The notes beneath the pieces were generated by a model, which saw only the letters and a list, made by a program, of their open reading frames with translations, was not told the origin of the DNA and ran no database searches. 22,154 nucleotides of DNA, from assembly GCA_034440375.1 (NCBI GenBank), contig JAWXBZ010000157.1, positions 1-22,154 on the forward strand, given 5' to 3'. Source of the DNA: Candidatus Eiseniibacteriota bacterium (GTDB lineage Bacteria > Eisenbacteria > RBG-16-71-46 > JABDJR01 > JAWXBZ01). Of this stretch, positions 8,839 through 16,283 are shown piece after piece. How positions within the stretch are numbered: position 1 is the stretch's first letter; the number at the start of each line of letters is the position of its first letter. Made by a program: the position numbers and the translations under genes.

Positions 8839-8994
8839 GATAACGACCCCACGGGCAGCCCCGGAAGGGGCAGCGCCACCGGCTGCGGGCTACAGGAAGA
8901 CAGGAAGCATTTGGCGGGGTGGGGAGTTCGTCACGGCCGCGGCTCAAGGTCCTGTGGCGGTCAGACCGCCGAATTGGTCCTGGATGAGGAGCGG

Positions 8995-9019
8995 TAATTT
9001 ATTGAAGTGACGTCAGTTA
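8995..9019. promoter_or_regulatory. Imperfect palindrome TAATT-N15-AGTTA with IHF-like left half
   Basis: TAATTTATTGAAGTGACGTCAGTTA. The left half TAATTTATTGA fits the first 11 positions of YAANNNNTTGATW. It is an AT-rich island in GC-rich DNA. Confidence 0.3.
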
Positions 9020-9109
9020 GAAACTTTGCCCGTCACATTGAACTCGGTCCACCCACATCTATATGGAATCGGGTTGCGCGCCGGAGGCACGAAACCACGA
9101 GCAGGCCGC

Positions 9110-9118
9110 ACTATAGCA
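9110..9118 (-). promoter_or_regulatory. Candidate extended -10 promoter element (TGCTATAGT) facing ricT
   Basis: The minus strand reads TGcTATAGT, matching TGnTATAAT with one mismatch, about 270 nt upstream of the ricT ATG. Confidence 0.4.
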
Positions 9119-9155
9119 CAGGTCCGAGGGTGTCGATTCGGATAGGATGCTTCGA

Positions 9156-11255
9156 ATGCTGACACACCGACAACGCGCCACCCGGGTGATATCGCCGTGG
9201 GCAGCCCCCCTCATCCTTCTGTTGTTCGGGGCGGCTGGTTGTGGCGAACAAACAGGACTCATACCCCGGAACCACCCGCCGCAAGTTCGACTGACCGGCG
9301 GCCCGGCAAATGGCGATTCGGCTGCCTTTGATGCCACTTTTCTCTGGCATGGCTGGGACGATGACGGGATCGTCGCCTCCTACCGGTACGGCCTCGTCAA
9401 CCTGATCGACCACCCGGAGGTGACCGGCCCCGCCGACATCCCGCCGGAGGGCTGGCGGGACACTCTGTCGACCCGGGCTTCGTTCGAACTTCGGAGTCCG
9501 CAGTCGACGGATGAGGACGGCGATGAGCCGACACAATTCTCGCTGGGCCGGCACCTCTTCGCCGTGCAGGCAATTGACGACGCGGGCGATTCGTCCACCG
9601 TCGACTGGCTGGTGGTGACCAGCCGGAACATCGTCCCACGGACGACGATCGACTATCCGAAGATCCCGGTCGAATCCGGCCTGGTGCAGTTTCGGGAAGG
9701 CGTGGAAATTCGCTGGTCGGGTGTCGATTCCGACAGCCCCGACCCCGGCCGGAAGCCCGTTGCCTACGAGTGGAAGGTCGTGCCCCTGGCCCCAAGCACA
9801 CCGGGATTCACGGTCAATGTGCACTATGCCGTCACGAATACACCCGGCCCCCAGTATCCATGGAATCGGGTCGACGGCACGGTTCGCTCGGTCCGGCTCA
9901 ACCTCCAGGCGGGTCAGGACTACGTCTTTGCGGTGCGAGGAATTGATCTGGTCGGCGGCGTCGAGGACTTGTTCGTGAAGGGGCAGAATGCCATTCCGTT
10001 TTCGGTGTCGAGCATCGACCTCTTCCGCCCCTATCTGACCCTGCGCGAGCCGCTGCTCGGGCAGTTCACCTTTCCGGCGGACGGACCGGTCTGGGAGGTG
10101 GAAGCGCCCATGAGCCGATGCCTCCGTTTCGAACTGACAGGCGACGCCTCGAACTACGGCGGAGCCATCTCGGCGTACAACTGGTGTGTCGATCCGCCTG
10201 ATGGTGGCCAGGAGGAGGAGTGCCGGGGCTGGACCGGAATTCGCACGACGGAATCGATCTGTTTTACGGAACCCGGTTTGCACACCATCGTCCTGAAGGT
10301 GCGGGACACGGCCGGTGCCGTCACCACGGGCCTTTTGCTGGTGAGAGCGATACCGGTGGTGCGGGACCGGCCGGTGCTCTACGTGGACGACTTTCGAGTA
10401 GCCAGGCGTGGCAGCGTGCTGGACGCCGATTGTGACCGGCGGATGCTGTCAATGCTGGGTGATGCCGGTTACGCCCCGGAGGACATTTACCAATGGCATA
10501 CGTTTGGCGAGGACGACCGGGAGATCGTGCCGGCACTTCCCCGATTGAGTGAGCTGACCACCTACAAGCTGCTGGTCTGGTCTGTGTCAGGAGCCGGTTT
10601 CAACGGGAACCCGGGACTTCTGCTGGTCAGTTCCTGTCCCGGCGCGCGCGTGCTTCGCTCCTACATGGACGACGGCGGCCAAGTCTGGATATCCGGGCAG
10701 AATGCCTTCAGCGCACTGATGGGGCAGGCGGGCTCGGTTTCACGCTGCGGCTCCGACTTCTCCTACTCCGAGAGCATCGGGCTCTTTCCGGGGCCGGACC
10801 ATTTCGTCTGCGCCTACCTGGGGCTTTGCGGCTGTGATATCCGAACGGTAAGGGATCGCTACATGATGGATGGCCTGGTCCGTGCCCTGCCCACGGCGGA
10901 AGCGATTCGCGAGGGCTTCCCGGACGTTTGGCTCGATTCGACACTCACCCATCCGAACCTGTCCGGTCTGATTGGGAGTGACGCTGTCTTCCAGCCGACC
11001 TTTGATGCCACGGGCGGCCTCGACACGCTCTACACGTCCTCGCCGACCGCCTCGAACTCGCGCTTCAGGGGACGTCCGGTCGCCTTCCGCTATTTCGACC
11101 CTGACCCGGGGGCCCGGACCGGCGCCATCGCCATCATGGGATTTCCGCCTCACCTCATGAAACCGGGGTCGGTGGCCGCCGGCACGGGCACGTCCACCCT
11201 TGCCTCGCGCCTGATCGATTGGTTCCGGCGGAACGAGCGGGCCGTGATTCGTTAG
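9156..11255 (+). CDS. Lipoprotein with three Ig/FnIII-like domains and a C-terminal alpha/beta domain, function unknown
   Basis: Lipobox LLLFGAAG-C (Cys codon at 9240). Repeated W-x-G-x-D-x-D ... F-x-V-x-[AG]-I-D-x-x-G modules. C-terminal PVLYVDD...LVWS...YMDDGGQVWISG. Start is 9156 (AGGA 8 nt upstream) or the in-frame ATG at 9147. Confidence 0.82.
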   Translation: MLTHRQRATRVISPWAAPLILLLFGAAGCGEQTGLIPRNHPPQVRLTGGPANGDSAAFDATFLWHGWDDDGIVASYRYGLVNLIDHPEVTGPADIPPEGWRDTLSTRASFELRSPQSTDEDGDEPTQFSLGRHLFAVQAIDDAGDSSTVDWLVVTSRNIVPRTTIDYPKIPVESGLVQFREGVEIRWSGVDSDSPDPGRKPVAYEWKVVPLAPSTPGFTVNVHYAVTNTPGPQYPWNRVDGTVRSVRLNLQAGQDYVFAVRGIDLVGGVEDLFVKGQNAIPFSVSSIDLFRPYLTLREPLLGQFTFPADGPVWEVEAPMSRCLRFELTGDASNYGGAISAYNWCVDPPDGGQEEECRGWTGIRTTESICFTEPGLHTIVLKVRDTAGAVTTGLLLVRAIPVVRDRPVLYVDDFRVARRGSVLDADCDRRMLSMLGDAGYAPEDIYQWHTFGEDDREIVPALPRLSELTTYKLLVWSVSGAGFNGNPGLLLVSSCPGARVLRSYMDDGGQVWISGQNAFSALMGQAGSVSRCGSDFSYSESIGLFPGPDHFVCAYLGLCGCDIRTVRDRYMMDGLVRALPTAEAIREGFPDVWLDSTLTHPNLSGLIGSDAVFQPTFDATGGLDTLYTSSPTASNSRFRGRPVAFRYFDPDPGARTGAIAIMGFPPHLMKPGSVAAGTGTSTLASRLIDWFRRNERAVIR

Positions 11256-12376
11256 AACCCGGCTGAACCGCGGCGCGCGACGGATTCCACGAGCGCCGGC
11301 AGGACCAGCGGCAGATAACCGTGACCCTCGACGGCCCGACGGGCCTCTTCAACCGCCCGGACGCTCGACTCGATCTCCTCGAAGGAACGGCGCGGCGCCT
11401 GCGCCTCGAGGTCTGGAAGGCGGTCGTCATTGGCCAGTCCCTCACGCGGGTCGGTGGCACCGAGTTTGACCCGCAACAGGTCGCTCTGCCACAGGAGCAT
11501 GAGGTCGAACAGGAGGCCAAGACGCGAGCGGTCTTTGCCACGGAGCCAGGGCTCGAGCCGCTCGTGGACCTCGGGTTGACCGGCCAGTGCCGTCACGAAT
11601 GCCACCGCATCGTCACGCAGTCCGAGGACATCCTCGTCAAGAAGTGAGGCAGCCCGGGTCAGGCTTCCGCGGGCCACGCGGGCGGCCAGACGGACGGCCG
11701 TCTCCGAAACGGTATCGCCGGCCTTTCCTGCCCGCTCGACAAGGAGTCGGGCAATCTCCGCGGCAGGCAGCTCGCGAAAGCGAACAAGGGCACACCGGCT
11801 CTTGATGGTGTCGGGGAGGTCCGCGGGACGGCCAACACCCAGGATCAGGAGCGTGCCAGTGTTCGGCTCCTCAAGGAGCTTCAGAATGGCATTGGCGGCC
11901 TCAACATTGAGCTGCCCCGCCCGCTTCAGGATGAAGATTTTCCAGCTGGAAGCGGAAGCGGCGCGGGAAGCTTCCTGTTTGAGCCAGCGCATCGTGGCGA
12001 TCCGGTGTTCCAGCGGCTTCGATTCGTCCAGCTGGAAAATAGGCGACTTGATGAAGTCGGACTGCACGCTGCTGATCCAGTCGAGGCGCTGCCCCTCGCC
12101 GGCCTGCGAGTCGGGCGCCGAGGGCGTGGGTGGCAGGAGGAAAATGTCGGGGTGATTGAAGTGGCCCGACCGGAGGCAGTTGGCGCACCGGTCGCAGGCA
12201 TCAAGGAGCACCGGATTGGCGCAGAGGAGGCGGCGGGCCAGAGCCAGCGCGGCGGTGGTCTTGCCCACGCCCACCCGACCATGAAACAGGAAGGCATGCG
12301 GCAGTCGATCGGCGGCCACGCTCGCCTGGATCTGTTTGATCGCCTCGTCCTGCCCGATCAGATCTCTAAATCGCAT
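11252..12376 (-). CDS. holB: DNA polymerase III delta-prime subunit
   Basis: FRDLIGQDEA, RLPHAFLFHGRVGVGKTT, Zn motif C...CDRCANC, HPD, AANAILKLLEEP, TIKSRC. Confidence 0.93.
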   Translation of the reverse strand: MRFRDLIGQDEAIKQIQASVAADRLPHAFLFHGRVGVGKTTAALALARRLLCANPVLLDACDRCANCLRSGHFNHPDIFLLPPTPSAPDSQAGEGQRLDWISSVQSDFIKSPIFQLDESKPLEHRIATMRWLKQEASRAASASSWKIFILKRAGQLNVEAANAILKLLEEPNTGTLLILGVGRPADLPDTIKSRCALVRFRELPAAEIARLLVERAGKAGDTVSETAVRLAARVARGSLTRAASLLDEDVLGLRDDAVAFVTALAGQPEVHERLEPWLRGKDRSRLGLLFDLMLLWQSDLLRVKLGATDPREGLANDDRLPDLEAQAPRRSFEEIESSVRAVEEARRAVEGHGYLPLVLPALVESVARRGSAGF

Positions 12377-12382
12377 GGGTCA

Positions 12383-12388
12383 AGAATA
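12383..12388 (-). promoter_or_regulatory. Candidate -10 (TATTCT) 6 nt upstream of the holB ATG, possible leaderless transcript
   Basis: The minus strand reads ggcTATTCTtgacccATG, with no SD-like purine tract upstream. Confidence 0.45.
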
Positions 12389-12508
12389 GCCGAGCCTGCC
12401 AACTGTCGCACCGGGTCCGAAAATCGCGCTAGAATCCACCCCAGCCCGTCAGGGAAAGCACAAGCCTGAGCACCGGTCGAGAGGCTGGTAACAAGGAGGT
12501 CATGGCAT

Positions 12509-14995
12509 ATGTCACTTTGTCGTCGTTTCTCACAGTTCGGCGCCGCACTGCTCGTCGCCTCGTTCTTGAACTCCCCCACGCTCGTCCGTGGGGCAGATCT
12601 TTCCGGAATCGTTCGAACGAGTGACGGGACACCGGCGGGAGCCGGATGGCGTGTCGTGGTGAACGGGCTCGACGCCCCCGGGGCGACCCTGGCACTGACG
12701 AACGAGGCTGGCTTGTTCCACCTGACCGGCCTTGGAAGCGGCCGGTCCACGGTGACGGTGCATGCGCCGTCGGAATTGGAAGCTGTTGCCGATCCACGGG
12801 CGGGTCGACTGATCCAGCTCGTCGGAGACCGCGCAACGACACTCGAACTGACGCTGAGTCCGGCCGCCACCGCTGCTCCAACCTTCAATTTCACCTTTTA
12901 TCGCGGCGAATACTGGAATAACCAGCCCACGGAGGAGTTGTCCACCGGCGTTCCACTCCCGGAGCAGGGCTCAGTCGGCAACATCGACATGGAACTGGCG
13001 GCCGGCGGGGGCACCATCTCGGGTCGGATCGTCCGGGATGTGGGCGGCACCGGCATCGCCGGGCTCGTCGTGGCGGCCTTTGGATATGACACCGGCGTCT
13101 TTTCGTTTGATCGCACGGACAGCGATGGATATTACCGGATAACCGGGATCCCGGCGGACGGCTTCCTCGTGACGGCCGGGCTCGCCTTCGCCGATCCGAG
13201 CGGTGAATTCGTGGGGGAGTATTACAATAATTCGCTGACCATCGCCTCATCGAGCATTGTCAATGTGAGCGATGGATCTGACACGCCGGAAATCAATTTT
13301 TCGCTCGGCCAGGGCGGCGCCATCTCGGGACGCGTGACGGCCCAGTCTGGCGGCCAGGGGCTGCCAAATGTTCTGCTCACCGCCTACGAAGTAACGCTCG
13401 CCCTGCAATACATCGCCCTGACCGACGACACGGGCCGCTTTCTCATCAATCGACTGCCACCTGGTTCGTGGAAAGTAGGGGCCAGTTCCGGTGCCAATTA
13501 CGCAGCGGAATTCTGGAACGACAGGGCTTCGTTCGAAACCGCCGATCTCATCGTAGTGTCCGCCGGCCCGCCCGCGCCCGACATCAATCTGGTCCTGGCC
13601 ACCGGCGGTGCTATCAGGGGGGTCATTACCCACGCGACCGGGGGACAGCCACTGGCGGACCTGATCGTCCTGGCCGAACGTATCGGGGACCAGCTGACCC
13701 GCACGGCCCGGACCGACCTGACGGGAACTTACGAAGTGCTCGGGCTTCCGACGGGGATGTACCGGGTGTACGTACCGGAGATTGGCAAGTGGTGGAATAA
13801 TCGCGGCGGCCCGGAAACGGCTGACCCGGTTGATGTGAGCCTGGGGATAATCACGGCCGGAATAAACTTTCAGGGTTTTCCGTTTGGCACGAACTGCACC
13901 GATGAGCCGCAGAACGTGGCATCGATTCGGGGCATGGTCCTGGATCAGGAGTTGAATCCACTCCCGGAGGCCATCCTTGGATTGTATGTGGATGTCCTGG
14001 GCACTGTGTTTCAGATCAACCTGACGACTACCGACATCAACGGCGCCTACGCGTTCACCTGTGTCCAGCCAGGAAACTACTTCATCAAATGCCGCGTACC
14101 GTTTTCGACGTACGTGAGCGAGTGGTATGACGACAAGAGCGTGGTCCGGCCCGATACGGTTCGCGCAGTCGCCGGCCAGGTGACCCAAAACATCGACTTT
14201 CTCCTCGGGACCGGCGGCACGATCGCCGGACGGATCACCACGGCCGGCGGCGCCCCGCTGCCACGTATCGAGGTATTCGTTCGCAATCGCACGACCGGGG
14301 AGATCGCCTCCGATTCCAGCGCAACGGATGGCACCTACTCCATCGCGGGGGGCCAGGAGGGGGGCCTGCCCGGCGGAACCTACACCGTCTGGGCGGAAGG
14401 ACGGAGCACCGCCGACCCATCATTGGTGCCGGTGGTGCTCTCGCACTTTACCGCCTCCGCATCCGCCGGCGGAGGTGTTGTCCTCCAGTGGACGACCAGC
14501 CATGAGGCCGATCACTCTGGATTCCACGTGGAACGAGCCGCCGCGCCGAACGCCCCGGGGACCCGACTGACCTCCGAATTGCTGCGTGGCGGTCCGGATT
14601 ATCGATTCGAGGACATCCTGGCGCTTGAAGGAGGCAACTCCTACTGGCTGCTCGCGATCGACCGACAGGGGCGCATCGAACGACTCGGTCCGGTGTCGAT
14701 TCAGGTTGGTCCGGTGCTGGGATCCCGATTCCTCGGCCCGGCCGCAAATCCGTCCGTCGGCAACGCCTCGATTCGCTGGGAAATGGGCAGCGAGGGCCTT
14801 GCTCGACTCCTCGTGTTCGATGCCGCCGGACGCTGGGTCCGCACGCTGGTTGATGAAGTTCGACCGGCCGGCGCCGGCGCCGCGTACTGGGATGGACGTT
14901 CGGCCGACGGCCAGGAGGTGGCGGCCGGGCTCTACTTTCTCCGCTTCGAGGCTGCTGGCAGCCAGGAGCGCGGGCGACTGATACTGGTTCGTTGA
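12509..14995 (+). CDS. Secreted carboxypeptidase-regulatory-like (transthyretin-like beta-sandwich) repeat protein with FlgD-Ig/T9SS type A-like C-terminal domain
   Basis: SD AAGGAGGT at 12493-12500 and a signal peptide. Repeats GGxIxGRV...TDxxGxY...GLPxGxYxV...E[YFW][YW]N[ND]...I[ND]FxL. Pre-CTD motif PVVLSHFTA...LQWTTSHEADHSGFHVER. C-terminus FDAAGRWVRTL...WDGR...GLYFLR...RLILVR. Confidence 0.88.
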   Translation: MSLCRRFSQFGAALLVASFLNSPTLVRGADLSGIVRTSDGTPAGAGWRVVVNGLDAPGATLALTNEAGLFHLTGLGSGRSTVTVHAPSELEAVADPRAGRLIQLVGDRATTLELTLSPAATAAPTFNFTFYRGEYWNNQPTEELSTGVPLPEQGSVGNIDMELAAGGGTISGRIVRDVGGTGIAGLVVAAFGYDTGVFSFDRTDSDGYYRITGIPADGFLVTAGLAFADPSGEFVGEYYNNSLTIASSSIVNVSDGSDTPEINFSLGQGGAISGRVTAQSGGQGLPNVLLTAYEVTLALQYIALTDDTGRFLINRLPPGSWKVGASSGANYAAEFWNDRASFETADLIVVSAGPPAPDINLVLATGGAIRGVITHATGGQPLADLIVLAERIGDQLTRTARTDLTGTYEVLGLPTGMYRVYVPEIGKWWNNRGGPETADPVDVSLGIITAGINFQGFPFGTNCTDEPQNVASIRGMVLDQELNPLPEAILGLYVDVLGTVFQINLTTTDINGAYAFTCVQPGNYFIKCRVPFSTYVSEWYDDKSVVRPDTVRAVAGQVTQNIDFLLGTGGTIAGRITTAGGAPLPRIEVFVRNRTTGEIASDSSATDGTYSIAGGQEGGLPGGTYTVWAEGRSTADPSLVPVVLSHFTASASAGGGVVLQWTTSHEADHSGFHVERAAAPNAPGTRLTSELLRGGPDYRFEDILALEGGNSYWLLAIDRQGRIERLGPVSIQVGPVLGSRFLGPAANPSVGNASIRWEMGSEGLARLLVFDAAGRWVRTLVDEVRPAGAGAAYWDGRSADGQEVAAGLYFLRFEAAGSQERGRLILVR

Positions 14996-14999
14996 GCGC

Positions 15000-16283
15000 C
15001 TAGCGCAGCCAACCCGACGGGTTCTGGGCGTCGCGTGCCTTGCGGATTTCAAAGTGGAGGCAGGCGCCCTTCAGGCTGCCCGAGTCGCCGACGGCACCCA
15101 GCACCTGTCCCGCCTCGATCCGCGCCCCGACCTCCACCGATACGGAGGCCAGGTGCGAATAGACCGAGTAGTAGCTCTGACCATGATTGACGATGACACT
15201 TTGGCCGTAGCCGGGGAGCCAGTCGACCAGTTCAATGCGCCCCTCGCCGACAGAGCGTACCGGCGTCCCCTCCTCGGCCCGAATGTCGAGACCGTTGTTC
15301 CGAATCTGGGTTCCCCATTCCGGATGGGTTTCCAGGCCGAAATTGCCGATGATCTGGCCCTGAACCGGCCAGGGCAGGCGGCCACGGTTGGCGCCGAAAT
15401 TGTTCTTGTCGAGTTCCAGGGCCAGGTTGTCCTGCCCGCCCTTCAGCCGTTTTTTCCGCTGCTCTTCGAGATTCGCCAGCAGCTTCTGCATTTTCGTGGC
15501 TGCCGACTCGAGTTCCCGCGCCGCCTGTTCGTATGATTGCCGTTGACCACGCACTTTCGACACTTCGGCGCCCTGGGCTTGCTTCAGGCTCCGATACTTG
15601 TCCTGCTCGGCCTCCTTCTCGCCGCGCAACGAGTGAACCTGCCGTTCCCGATGCTCCAGTTCGACTTTTTCGGTTTCGACGAGGAGGCGCTGCTCCCGGA
15701 CGTCCTCGATGACGTGCCGCTCCTGCTGCATGACGGCGGACAGGAAATAGCTCTTCTTCAACAGGTCGCCAAAATCGGCCGACGAAAAGAAGATTTCCAG
15801 GTTACGCGTGCGCCCCTTTTTGTAGGCCTGCCGCATCCATCCGGCCAGCCGCTGGCGACGGCGCTCGAGCTCGGCACCCGCCCGCGTCAGGCCCTCTTCC
15901 TTGCGCTCGATTTCGATGTCGAGCAGTTTTTGCTGGGTATCGAGCCGGCTGAGGTAACGCCGGGACGCGCTGAGGGCTTCGTCCGACTTGCGGAGCTGGT
16001 TCAGGATCCCCTGTTCCTTCCCCTTCAGCTCGCGGGCTTGCCGGCGCTTGTCCTCGGCGGCTTTCTTGAGGCGATCGAGTTCATCGGGGCTGGCATCGAC
16101 CGGCGCGGGGCTCTTCGGGGACGGTGCGGTAGCCGCCTTCTTGCGAACCGTGCTGCCCCGCTTCGACTCCCGGGCGTGGGCGGGTCGGATGATCGAGACA
16201 CCCGTTGTGCCGATCACGGCCAGCGCCACCAGCCAGCCGAGCCGGCTGACGCGACCCAATTGCCGTCGCCCCGAGCAGTTCAC
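15000..16283 (-). CDS. envC: Murein hydrolase activator EnvC family (coiled coil + M23/LytM domain)
   Basis: Start re-called at GTG 16283, which overlaps the ftsX stop (GTGA). Hydrophobic N-terminus, long coiled coil, then GRLPWPVQG...NNGLDI...GYGQSVIVNHG...YSHL...LHFEIR. It directly follows ftsEX. Confidence 0.88.
   Translation of the reverse strand: MNCSGRRQLGRVSRLGWLVALAVIGTTGVSIIRPAHARESKRGSTVRKKAATAPSPKSPAPVDASPDELDRLKKAAEDKRRQARELKGKEQGILNQLRKSDEALSASRRYLSRLDTQQKLLDIEIERKEEGLTRAGAELERRRQRLAGWMRQAYKKGRTRNLEIFFSSADFGDLLKKSYFLSAVMQQERHVIEDVREQRLLVETEKVELEHRERQVHSLRGEKEAEQDKYRSLKQAQGAEVSKVRGQRQSYEQAARELESAATKMQKLLANLEEQRKKRLKGGQDNLALELDKNNFGANRGRLPWPVQGQIIGNFGLETHPEWGTQIRNNGLDIRAEEGTPVRSVGEGRIELVDWLPGYGQSVIVNHGQSYYSVYSHLASVSVEVGARIEAGQVLGAVGDSGSLKGACLHFEIRKARDAQNPSGWLR

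Noticed and set aside
8900-8990. SAM-I riboswitch-like start CTCATCCAG on the minus strand, in a region with metG nearby
   Set aside because: The GAGGGA kink-turn, GCAACC and closing GATGAG/GATAAG P1 strand are all absent.
9050-9066. NrdR-box-like CCCACATCTATATGG
   Set aside because: It lacks the conserved terminal GT, occurs as a single copy, and no nrd genes are adjacent.
9016-11257. Integron cassette interpretation of the GTTAGAA repeats
   Set aside because: It is not a true GTTRRRY, there is no RYYYAAC-attC hairpin after the gene, and no intI is in the window. Retained only as a direct-repeat observation.
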